From: Cenococcum geophilum
Taxonomy: Eukaryota
Direction of reading: 5' to 3'
Assembly: GCA_050273025.1 (NCBI GenBank)
Contig: CP158636.1
Coordinates: forward strand, 4,774,001-4,838,000
Length of the DNA: 64,000 nucleotides
Position numbers and translations under genes: made by a program. The notes under the pieces are model-generated. The model saw only the letters and a list, made by a program, of their open reading frames with translations, did no database searches and was not told where the DNA came from. Shown one piece after another: positions 1-11,900 of the stretch; the first letter of the stretch is position 1, and each line of letters opens with the position of its first letter.

Positions 1-1379
1 CTTATTTAGTAATATAAAACTGTGTAATTTAGAGATTAGCTTAGAAGTAAATATATATACTAGCGTTATTATAGGTTTAAATTAGGTTTAACTTCTAGGT
101 TCCGACTTTATAATATTTTACTATTTAGTAGTATTAGTTCTCTAGGATAATATAAAAGGAATAATAGCCTATTTAGACTAGCTGTTTAAAGCACGTTCCT
201 TCTTAGATAAGTTACTAAAAATCTTCTAAATAAACTAATTACGCGGCACTTTATCTTTAGCAGTACAAAACGTAGATTTTTTAAGCCTAGCCTCTTATAT
301 GTCATCTAGGATTATATCTCTTAATTTCCTTAAAGTAACGAGTATTAATATCCTATCCCTTTATAATATCTAAGTCCTTTATTATAATACATAAAGATAC
401 TAAGACGGAATAAAGAAGGAGTGGAGCGTTACTATATAAAAGTAGAAGAATCTAGTTAGTGCTTAGTAAAGGTATAAGTCTAAAGTAGGTGGGTAAGATA
501 AACCAATTATAAGAGTTAATCTACTAGGTAGATTACCGTAGTTTTAGGGAATAAGTTATAGCTTAAAGTAGCAATTAGCGGTTAAACTAATTAATTAACT
601 AATTAATATCGCGTAGAGGTGCCATACGAGAGTTAGTTAAGGTAGTAGAGGTAAAAAGTAAAGTAAAGTGGATAAGCTTAAGGTAAATGCTTTCGCTAAC
701 GGAATATAACGCGCGCGCGTTAAAGGGCAATTTGCTATAGCAGATTACCGCTAAATATACTTCCTCTAGTTATAGAAAATATTCTTTATAAATAACTAGC
801 ATTAGGCGGAGTTAGAAGTATATTAGAATATATAACCTAAGAATAAGGGTTAATACGCCTAGGACGTTTTGCCTACCTATAATTAATATTTTAGCTTAAT
901 TAAGATCGCTTTAATATACCCTTTTAAGTAGGGCTCCTAGTAAATAATTAAGACTCTAAATAGTATTAGATTTAAAGCTATAAGGACTACTACTATATAC
1001 CACGTATATTCGCGACCGCGAAAATAATTATATCCTTAGAGGCTTTAAGCGTTTATTATATTACATACTTTAAAAGTCCCACATTCCGAACTAGTATAAT
1101 TATTAGTATATCTGCCTATAACTCCTCCATCTCTAGGTTAACTCTAGCATCCTAGGCAATATTAAGAAATTTAGGGAAATCTAAAAGACTTATTTACCCT
1201 TTTACTAAGTTAGTTTAAAGTAGGCTAGCACCTAAGTCTATATAAATTATAAACCGGGGTATATTCTCTAAATCTTAATATATACAGATTACAAGACCCT
1301 AAACGTTATATTTGTTAATATATTTAGGTAAAAGAGATTAATATACGTTTTAAGGCTCTATATAAGGGTACCCTATAAC

Positions 1380-1790
1380 AGAATTTATAGCTCTATACCA
1401 AAGTCCTAATTTAGTACTAGCCCAGCCAGCTTTCTTACGTATATTTAACTGCGTATAAGTAAGGAGATATTAGGCCACTTTCTTAGTCTATCTAACTAGA
1501 GCATTACTAGACTCTAGGATTTAATTGGCGATTTTAGCTATAATCTTACTTTAAATAGCGTAATTTATGCGGTCTCGGAAGCGTATAGATATTACATTAC
1601 CCTTATTTACAATATCCTTAACTACCCCTTTAATCTCGTATAAACAAGCGCTGCTAATACCAAACCCGGATATAATCTGCTTATCCTTCCTAGGAGTTTT
1701 ACCGGTAGACTTATACTATGCCTTCTCTATAATATACACACTATCTAATTATATTGTTGCTATGCTAGGTATATATAGTATTAGCAAGGG
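1380..1790 (-). pseudogene. RIP-degraded ORF relic of unknown function, divergent from the Plavaka transposase (limits approximate)
   Basis: Minus frame reads ...KSTGKTPRKDKQIISGFGISSACLYEIKGVVKDIVNKG...RKKAGWASTKLG, broken only by TAA/TAG stops of the kind RIP makes from CAA/CAG/TGG. Confidence 0.4.
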
Positions 1791-2149
1791 ACGGGGATTA
1801 AAGGTTTATAAATATTTGGCGGTTATAAATTAATTATAATAGGTACTATAGGATATAATACTGCTTTATATATTATTAGCGCTTAGAATAATATACTATT
1901 TAGTGTATTTAACTTACAATTTAAAAGGAGCAAGCCGTTATAGTTAGTTATTAAAATAGCTAGTAAATCACCGCAGATTACGGCTATTAGATTAGTTATA
2001 TAACCACTACCCTTTTTAAGCACAAACCTACCTATTTAATCTTAATAACAACGTAAGGAGCCGCATTTGTCGCTATTATAATAGGCTTAATAAATCGCCA
2101 GTACCCTAAATATAAGCATACAATTTCTACTATAGGTGGATTAGTGTAA

Positions 2150-5100
2150 TATAAGCTGTACTATAAAGCTGCGGGTATAGACTATCTTAATTAATAGAAT
2201 AATATCTATCTTATAATCTAGGCTTAAGCGAATATACATAAAGACGATAAATTTACCGTAGAACAATGGGTACACAACCTTATAGCAACTAACACCGCTA
2301 TTAATAATACTTTACTAACTATTACAGGAAATACCGGTATAATATTAGTAGAGGAGCTAAACTATATAGTACTAGCAGAATAACTAACTAGTACTAAAAC
2401 GCACAGTTATATGGTAATAAGCCTCTTTACCTTAGATATTTATTATACCCAAACTTATTATAAAGTAACTAGCCGCTATGCAGGAACCCCGCTTAACCAC
2501 CCAGAGGGGAATTCTAATTAGTAGTCTGCCGTAGATCGCGACTACCTACTAAGGCCTAGCTAGTTAGTAGATGAAATAAATAAAGGTAATAATATGTTCT
2601 ATCCTTTTATAAGCTCTATAGAATAGGCGTAAGTTATCTAGTGGGTACGCAATAGTATATTAGTAAAAGAAATAGACGCGTGGCTATAAGACCCCTATAT
2701 TAAAAATATAAGGGACGGATATATATTATACTGAAATACAAAAGAAGTTAAGATAAAACTATATTCTATTTCTAAAGGTATAAGTAATAACAGCTAGCGA
2801 ATTATAGAACTTAATATATACGGCAAAAACCTAAAGATATACTACCGTAATATACTTAGCGTGGTAGCCTTCCTAATTAGTTATTTCCCATTTAAAGGTA
2901 ATATGGTTTATTCTCCTATTTATTAATTTAACGTAAAAGGTAATAGAGTGTATAATAAGGTATATACGGCCAACCGTTAGTAAAAGATCTAAGATCAATT
3001 ACCTAATAGTGCGACAGCTATTATAGTAATACCTAGTAGCGACTAAACCAAGCTAACTACACTATTTAAAGACAAAAAGGCGTATCTAGTTTATATTACG
3101 ATACTTAATATCCTATTAAAGACTTAATATATAGCTAGTAGGCCAGTAATACTTCTGCTAGGTTATATACCTATAGACTTACTAAATGACCGGATAAATA
3201 AGCTAGATATATACTATTAAGTAATAAGCATTATATTTAAATATAAGTATTTACCTTAACAGTATATAGGTACTTAAGTTAATATAAAAACTAGCCCTTA
3301 AACATGCTACTAGGCGCGGTATACTAATGCGATATACGGATAAGTTTATCTAGTAATACTACCTTATACTTACTAGGTTTATAGCAGACTATAAAAAGCA
3401 GGTTATATTAATAGAAGTAAAATTGGGGTAATACTATATAATATATTATATACCGCCTTATAAACAAGGTAACCTACTAAGCACTATATCCGGTAAATAG
3501 CCGCGAAGGATATATAAATTAACTATTAAATAACTTAAACGACAGTAAAACTTACAGCTGGATCGCAGCGACCCTAAGTATATTAGGCCAATTCGAAATT
3601 TTGCCTAGTCCTATTATATAGCGGATATACACGCTATAATAGCCCCTAATTTACTACACTAACTATATAAAGGTATTACGGAGCATTTAATAAGCTAGCT
3701 TCGGGCACTACTACTTAATATTAAGAAAGGGAAAGGGAGGGTTTTAATAACTAATTACAGTGGTATAAAAACCCTATTATCTATTAAGGATAGGGTAGAA
3801 TATCTTCTAACCGTATAATTCGCCAAAGTTAAACCCTTTAAGGGTATAATTAGGTGGGATAACTTTATAAAGTTAAGCTAATAGACTAGAAAGATATATA
3901 AGTCCCTTCTTCATTAGATTATACTAGTTGTGGCACCGTTGCTATATAGGCATAAGGGGGTAATGCTATTTATTCGTGCTATAGTTAACTTTATATTATT
4001 AGCCGAATATAAATCATATAATAAAGATACGATTAAATACCTTAAAGCTATATTATATTAAATAGATAAGACTAAAGAGGCGTTCTTGCCGTACTGACCT
4101 AACGATAAAAACCTACCCAATTTCAACATATCTAAACTTTATGCAATTTCCCACTATCTAGAGATAATTCGTATATTTGGCGCCCTAATAGGAACTACAA
4201 CAGAGCACGGCAAAAGGGCATATATTTCTTAGAAGAATTTCTATTAAAGATTAAATAAGTGTAAAGGGTATAAAGAGCAAATAATTTATCTTAATACGGA
4301 ATTAATAAATACTATAATAATATAAGAGATGGAGCTATAGGAAAATATAAGGCTAATACTAGCAGCTAATACTATGGAAGATTTATATATTATATTATTA
4401 TTAGGTATAGTTAACCTAACAAACAAGCCGTATAGATGGGATTGCTGCTAGTTAACTAACTAAATGTTTTTAATATACGGAATAAATCTAAAGTTATAGC
4501 GCATAGCCTGCAAAATTTAGACTAGGCTAGGTATTAATAAATTTATTATAAAACTAGCTTTGTTTATACAGGAATGTTATAAGCGAGTTAATGGTATATA
4601 AGCAACGGATTTAGACGTTAAGCGCCTTAAAAGAGATATAGCCTGGGCATAAGATTTACCTATTAGTATTTATCACTCTATAATATACTATATTTAACAC
4701 AGTAAAGACTTCTGTAATCTTAACCAACTATATAAAGTACGGGCACGCTATAACCCAGTCTAGATGCGGACTACTACCCTATAAAGGGACTAAGTTTTTA
4801 TATAAGAATATAAGAACGCACTAGATAGAATAAAGGGAACGTAGGCTGCCTATTTAGAATTGCTAGTATTAGTATAGGACTTAAATTAAATAGATAAAAA
4901 TGGTAGATACCGAGTATACTATAGAGTACTTCTTAAGCTATTCCGTCTATATAATAGAGGCAAGGTAGATCCTTTTAATAGGATAATTAAAGTAGAACGA
5001 TTTCCTATAAATATAGCGCAAAATAGACAAAACCTAGACGGCCACTAAATATACGACATTTCCCATATTAAGAGACCTATATAACTAATACCAACTTCGC

Positions 5101-5297
5101 TAAATAAAAGAAGAATGTTCTAGATAAACTTATATATAGATTAGGATATATATAATCGATTCTATAATAACGATTTTCTTTAGATTAATAGTATACGCGT
5201 AGATAAGTTTATAAAGAAACAAAAATCTAAAACTAAGCTTTTAATTAAATTATAGAAGGCTTTAAAACAAAAACGAAAACAAAAACGGCCAACGTAA
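2150..5297 (+). pseudogene. Plavaka-family transposase, RIP-inactivated (start approximate)
   Basis: Motifs occur in the family order: YYRNILSVVAFL..PF..NMVYSP..GNRVY (~2840-2960); QLPNSATAIIVIPSSD*TKLT..KKAYLVYITILNI (~2995-3115); GILMR..FIADYKKQ (~3320-3400); APNLLH*LYKG (~3640); NFNISKLYAISHY..IR.FG..TTEHGKRAY (~4120-4225). Probable intron relic at ~3243-3295. Confidence 0.88.
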
Positions 5298-5479
5298 TTA
5301 ATAGGGAATTCGGCATATCTAATCCCTAGAAATCTAGGCAAATTGGCTATAAAATAAGGCAAGACTAAGAGAAGTTAAAAATGCTATTAGTTGGCTTAAA
5401 TACGGAGGCAGCGTATCCAATATATAGGTAAATTAAGTAGTAGAAGGGCTCGTTAGAGTGGGAGGCTAGCTAGCTATAT

Positions 5480-5996
5480 ATATTTTAGCGGATTTTGTAT
5501 TAGCAGAGTAGTATAATAACCCCCCCTCTTCTGCTTTTCTCTTCTAATTTACCGCACGTTTTTCTTTAATAGGCCTTATTTTCGTAATAATCTCTACCTC
5601 TATAGTCTAAGCTTCTTCTATCTATTCGCAACTAAGTATATTAACTCTATTAACACTTAGAGCTAAATTAATAGCTAATCTTTATAACCGTCGCTTCTCA
5701 ATATATAGAATAGCCTTATGTTACTCCTCTATAAAGGCTCTCCTTAAGTTTTAAATATAAAACGACTTTATTAGCTTATCGCCTAAGCTAATACGCTTTA
5801 AGGGAGATTCTAGGTAAAAAAAGGCGGAAACAGCGCGATTAAACTGACTTAGCGTCTCGGGTATATCTATAGACTAACTAGGTATAAAGGGAAGCTCCAG
5901 AATACGTCTTAACAAGGGAGGAGAATAAGGACAACCGTTAAGCACTTGCTGCTTAGGTAGTGTTAACCTACTAAACTACTAGAAAAGGTTAGCCAT
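5480..5996 (-). pseudogene. RIP-degraded ~170-aa ORF relic, helical with basic C-terminus
   Basis: ATG at 5996: MANLF**FSRLTLPKQQVL...IPETLSQFNRAVSAFFYLESPLKRISLGDKLIKSF...IKEKRAVN*KRKAEEGG; only TAA/TAG stops. Confidence 0.45.
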
Positions 5997-6439
5997 ATCT
6001 ATATAAATTAGTTTAATTCTTACATTTTTGTAGGTAGTTATAATGCTCTTACCCATAAGATTAGCTCTAGTGCTTGCTTACTAGTAGGAATTCTTAATAT
6101 TGCGTAGCTAACGGCAAGATAATACGGTAATCTGCCGTAATTTATCCCAAATAGGCTAGTAATAGGCCTAAGCTCCCTAGCAGAACATTAAAATCTACCC
6201 CTTTACTCCTCCGTTTTATTAACTGCATCTATACTAGCAAATATACAATTTAAAAGTGTTATACTTTATCTTTATATCTTTGTTAACTTCTCTAACTTCT
6301 CCTACGTTAGTTATACCAAAGGTTTATCAACCTCTACTATGCTAAAAAAAATACAACTATAGCTTTTAAAAAGAATAAGGTATAGACTACCCTCTATATA
6401 GCTGCTTAAAATACTAATATATACCTAGGACTAAGGTAA

Positions 6440-6735
6440 AGGCAAAAGAAATAACACTGCTAGTATAAGAAGAATCTAGAAATATATACGCGAACGGCAG
6501 TCGGGCTAAAGTACTATAAATAGTATATACATAGTAGCATATAGCTAACTTTAGCAGATAGCTATATAAGGCGATAGAGTATCTAGGGATAGCGTCCTAA
6601 AACGTTAGTTAGATATAAATAGCAATTCTAAAGAAGATAGAGGCTTAATACCTTAGGGAAGAACGCATTATCGATAACTCTAGTAGAGTTTAGATAAAGA
6701 ATCTCTAGATCTATATATATAGAATTTAACCATAG
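6440..6735 (+). pseudogene. RIP-degraded ORF relic, divergent from the 5480-5996 relic (limits approximate)
   Basis: KEITLLV*EESRNIYANGSRAKVL*...AILKKIEA*YLREERIIDNSSRV*IKNL*; all stops are TAA/TAG. Confidence 0.35.
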
Positions 6736-8099
6736 TATCTATTATATAGACCCTATTACTTTACACCTGCTAACGCTTTAATAGTAGTTATAAGTCCTAA
6801 ATCGCCCTAATAAGCGGCTCTAATACTACCGTCCCTCTACTAAAGAGCTTATCTCTAGTGCTGAAGATAACTCTATAGCTAAGTCGTTTTATACGGCGCC
6901 TATATATAGTAATAGGCAGCGGAAGTCTTAATATAGTATAGATGCAGTTAGAAAATAGCAAGAAATAAGTCATAGTAGTAAACTTAAACTAAAACCTATA
7001 GATAAACTAATATTAAAAGCTGCCGTGTGCTTCTTTTAAATGTTTATAATATTAGGTAAGGCTCCTAAAGGTCTTTCTCTTACGCCGTAGCCAGAAGGGA
7101 ACGTAACAACTCTAGAAAAGACAATAGACTTAGCATAGGATAAAGCAGTAGAGTATAATAGGGTTTCTAAAGGCAATAGTTCTAGCAAGGCTATATAAGA
7201 ACCGTCGCCATTAATATATCGCATAGTAAGCTACCTTTTATTACTTCTATATATATTAATATTAAATAAATATATAATAGCATTAGCTAGTTCTGGTCTT
7301 ACCTATTAAAACGTATACAGGATTGCGTAAAGACTAAGTACTTATTTAAAAAGCTCTCTAAAAAGGAAATAATTACTAAAGTGGAAGAGCTACTTTATAT
7401 AGATAACTTTTAATACTCTAAGATAGTATGTATAGCTAAACTACCTTAGTATCCTCCTAACTATTTATAGGATAAGTAATCCCACTTTATAGCACCGGTT
7501 ATTATAGCTAATCTCTCTAAGTCATTCTTTAAAGGAAAGTGGCAATTTAGGTTTAATATAGATACATAGCACTTTCTGCGCCTAATTAGCCTAGGGGCTG
7601 TTATACTAATTTATGTAGTAATCCGCCACATTATTAATAAATAGAAAAGTAGTAGTTTTATCTAATAAAAGTTTAAAGCAGGTGCTAATCTTTATAGTAA
7701 TTTATTCTTTCTCTACCCTTATTTTAACTACCTAAACTACGCTATAACTAACTCTAATATTAGCTATATAGGTAGATTAGTTAACAGAGCGCCAGAACTA
7801 GATTTTAGGGCTTCTATAATAGGGCATCTTAAAAAGACTCTAAGTAACTATATATAGCGACGACCCTACTATACGAGTAATTCCAAATCTATTTAAATAT
7901 AGTCTTAATAATCTTTCTAACCTAGACTCTGACTATAATATAGGATTTAATAAGCAGCGCTTTAATATACTTCCACTGGTATGCAACCACTTATAATAAT
8001 AGTTCTAGACTAATACTTATATCTAGGTACTTAACGCGTCCCTTTCCTTAAACCTAGACACCTCCTACCCTTCTAGCACTATTACTAAGCCTAATACAC

Positions 8100-8683
8100 C
8101 CTATAATATATTGCCTAATTAAACTAACCACAGTACTAATTACCAAGGCGGTAAGCCTAATAATATTAGCGACCCTAATAGCGGTATAAATAGCGGGATT
8201 AATATAAATAAGTGTTATAACGGATATAGCGGAGTTAATATAGATAATAGAACGAATATAGCTCTAGGTAGCAATATAGATAATCGGAATAGTATAAAAA
8301 AGGGGGGCAATAAATACAATGGAGTGGATATAGGCAACAATACTAGCGTAAATAGTGGAGAAGATATGGACAAGGATAGTAGCGCCGGTAATAATTTTAG
8401 AAATAATACCTATAAGCTTATCTTTAAAGGTATAAAATCGCAGAATTGGAAACGTACTATTAATATACTATATCGCTGGAATTATAAACAGTTAATGGTT
8501 ATAGTTAAGCTATTTAGAAAGACGCTTAGGGCTAAACCTAATATAAGTCTTTAGTATACTATTAGAAAAGGGGTTAAGTCTATACTATTTAATAATAAGG
8601 ATTTAGATATCTTTAGAACAAGGGTAGAGGAGGGGCTAGGCAGGGCAAATACTTTATAGTCTATAATAGGTTTAGAGGAGTAG
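8100..8683 (+). pseudogene. RIP-degraded ORF relic: N/D/G-rich linker followed by a possible PB1/ubiquitin-like domain
   Basis: Includes track ORF 8324-8554 and continues through a TAG: ...WNYKQLMVIVKLFRKTLRAKPNISL*YTIRKGVKSILFNNKDLDIFRTRVEEG, which resembles the PB1 pattern L.Y......L.DD.DL. Confidence 0.4.
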
Positions 8684-8730
8684 CTATTTTATATAGTGGT
8701 TGTAATATAAATATATTTTTAAAGGCATAT

Positions 8731-8797
8731 TATAGCAATCTATGGCAATCTATAGCAATCTATAGTAATCTATAGCAATCTATAGCAATCTATAGCA
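8731..8797. repeat. Tandem repeat, 10-bp unit TATAGCAATC, about 6.5 copies
   Basis: Directly visible. Confidence 0.95.
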
Positions 8798-8822
8798 GTA
8801 TATTATAATTTAGAGAAATATA

Positions 8823-8992
8823 TATAGTTTATACCGTTTATATAGTTTATATAGTTTATACCGTTTGTATAGTTTATACGGTTTATATTATTTATATAAT
8901 TTATACAGTTTATATAGTTTATACGGTTTATATATAGTGTAGATATTATATAATTTATACAGTTTATATAGTTTATATAATATATACAGTTT
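8823..8992. repeat. Degenerate tandem repeat, 10-bp unit TATA(C/T)(A/G)GTT-like, more than 12 copies
   Basis: Repeated tatagtttat / tacggtttat / tacagtttat units. Confidence 0.9.
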
Positions 8993-11900
8993 ACGCGCTA
9001 TTTATTTGTAGGGTAGCAATTTGCTAGCATTAGTTTAGTAGTTAAGCGTTTTACTGCAATTTACTGGCGGGGGCTGTAAATTTGTTACGAAACGCGCGGT
9101 TTGCGCGAATCGCTAACGACTATATACGACTACGCAAATCGTATAGTTTGCAGCAAATTGCCGTAATCTGCAACAACGCGCCCAAAAAAAATCCTAATAT
9201 AATAGATTAACTTTAATTATATTCTAAGAATTACTATAAGGAAGGAACTATCTAGATAGGGACTATAGTCCTTTAAATACACGACCGTACTCTTATAAAA
9301 TCCTTCTTATATATAATATACGTCTTATATATAAGGTATATAAGTTCCTCTTATTCCTTTCATTTAATATATAGCATATTATATAACCTTGGTTACTATT
9401 TCTCGTTATATAGCTCTACCAGCTCTATTCTAGACCGTGCTTAAATTAACTAACTAGCTTCTTCTAACTCTTCCCTAAGTAGTTATAATATTGTACTTAA
9501 AGCGTCCGTAATACTATCTCCCTTCTCTTTATCTTTGTCCTTAAAGATTCCTAATATCTCTAAATTATTTACTAGAGGTATAATATCTATCTAATTAATT
9601 TAGTTAATATTATTGCTTATTATACCTAAAGTAATTTCTTCTTTACACGCCTAACGTCGTGCTTATACTATTGCTGCGATATTATCTCTTAGTAAGATTA
9701 TACTATCTCTATATTCTTGCTATATAAAAAAGGGGTTAGTTTATATTGCGTTAGCAAACCTATTTTTATAGCAACTATTCTCTTACTTAGAGTGCACTAA
9801 AGTAAATATTTATTCGTCCTATAATGTTCGCTCTACCTCTAATACTAAATATACGCGACCTATTACTCTTAATAGTTATCTGATTCCCTAATTAATTTAT
9901 TTTAGGGTTTTATATTTAATCTACTACTACGCGGCTAGATAGTAAACTATCTTAAGCCCTTACTAAGTTAAAATATTCTTAAGATGCGGAATAAAAGGCC
10001 CTAGATACTCGCATTACGGCGTTTACTTATTTACTCTATCTTAAGAAGGTACGTAAAAAGGTGCGTTTTAAGGAGTAGAAGCTTATAGAATAGGGTCTAT
10101 AGGAACTTAGTGATAAAAGAATGGACTTTCTCCTAATAGAGAAGGAAATAGGTCTAAGTAGTTCGGTAACTACTCTTCTTAGATCCCCCTTAGGTAACTT
10201 ATTCTTTAGTAATCCTTTTTTTATTAATACTGCCTAACCTAATCTCTTCCGATACTCCTATACCTTTCCTATAGCGTTTTTTAAATTCTTTAGTAGCTCT
10301 TAGGTAGTCTTAGTATAGCCTATTTACTTTACCTTATACTATATTTTATCGTTAATATCCTTATAGTTAACGATCTTTAAAACTTGCTATTTATCTTCTT
10401 CTTATTCTCTATATATATCTGCTTTATAAACTAGTGGCTTAATATTCCCGTATACTGGCTTTAGCATTATAATATGCTATATAGGGTAGATCTTTATTTT
10501 AGCTAGTAGGTCTAACTTAAACGTAACCGGTAAAATCCTTTATATAATTTTAAAAGGTCCTAGTCTAACGTAGTCTAACTTCTTACTTAGTTGTTAACTT
10601 TTAAAATTTTTATATAGTAGCTATACTTTATCTCCCTCCTTAAGATCTAGTCCCTTAGATCTCTTAGCGTTATAGTATCTTTTTATTCTCTCTTATACTT
10701 TCTTTATAAATTCTATAAGGTCTATATAAAGATTTATTAACGTCTTTATTCTTTCTTTGGCTATATTACTTATTTTCTTTACTTACTATAGTAATAATAA
10801 TATTCTTAGCTTATATCCATAATTCGCCTTAAATAGTAATATGCCTATTTTTTCTTAAGGTATTATATTATATATAAACTATATAACTAGTAGTAACGAT
10901 ACCTAATTATTCTGCGCATAATTAATATAGTGCCTTAGATACTGCTTTAGTGTCTAATTTAGTCTTTCTATTTAACTGTCTATCTGCGGATAATATATAG
11001 TAAAAGTTACTGCTCTAACTCCTTATTCCGCTAAGAATACCTTCTAAAATGCTACTATAAATCTTAGATCCCTATCTAATATAATCTTACTTAGTGCTCT
11101 ATATTTTGCGAATACTTCCTTAATATAGATTTTAGCAACATCCTCCGCTGAGATTTCTTCTGTATATGCTATAAAGTATCCCCACTTTGTAAGCTTATCT
11201 ACTATTACTAAGATTATATTATAATCTCGTCCGGTAATAGGGTCTCTTAACTTTAATAACTTAATAATAAAGTCCCATAATATAACCTCCTATAGTCTCT
11301 TTAGTGTTTTAATAGGTTATAGCCCTCCGTATAGCTTATACCTCGTTAATTTATTCCTTTAGCAATCTAGATATTCCTTTATAACTTTTTATACTAGTCC
11401 CTAGATTCCATTAATAATATACTCCTCTTAGAGTCTTAACACTAAGCCTCTAGCTCTATTATATCCTTAAGTTATTCCCTTATAGAAATCTTCTATAAAC
11501 TACTCTGCTATGCTTTTTAGGATATACTTGGCTTCTTAATTTTCGTATATATCTACCTATAAATCTTCTAGCTATACTTCTAAAATTCTTTATACCTAAA
11601 AGCTTTCTAATATTTTATAAACTCTTTTTAGTTCTTTGTTTTCCTAAGTTACTGCGATTTTTAGATAATTATACCTAATTAATCCGTCTATGTCTTTTTA
11701 TAGTAAAGCCCCTAATAGCTTTTTATTATTCTATAGTTTAGCTTTTTAACTTAGAGTATCTGCTCGCGTATTATCTGTGCCCTTAGTATACTAAATCTTA
11801 AAATAGTATTCTATAAGCATCTCTGCCTATCTAACCTATCTTTAGTTAAGTTCCTTTATTATTAGGAATCCTATTAGGTTCTTATAATCCATTTTAACTA

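Larger units (their letters stand above)
1..9199 (+). mobile_element. Right part of a large RIP-degraded Plavaka/CMC (CACTA-like) DNA transposon with several accessory ORF relics; left end outside window
   Basis: Contains a Plavaka transposase relic, 10-bp subterminal tandem arrays (8731-8992) and a recurring GCAGATTAC(C/G)G motif. Ends abruptly at ~9199, where a family-A LTR resumes ~110 bp into its sequence. The boundary and the unity of the element are inferred. Confidence 0.6.

Noticed and set aside
5480..5996. pogo/Fot1 transposase
   Set aside because: Only a loose resemblance to the C-terminal tail; no DDE core or TIRs found.
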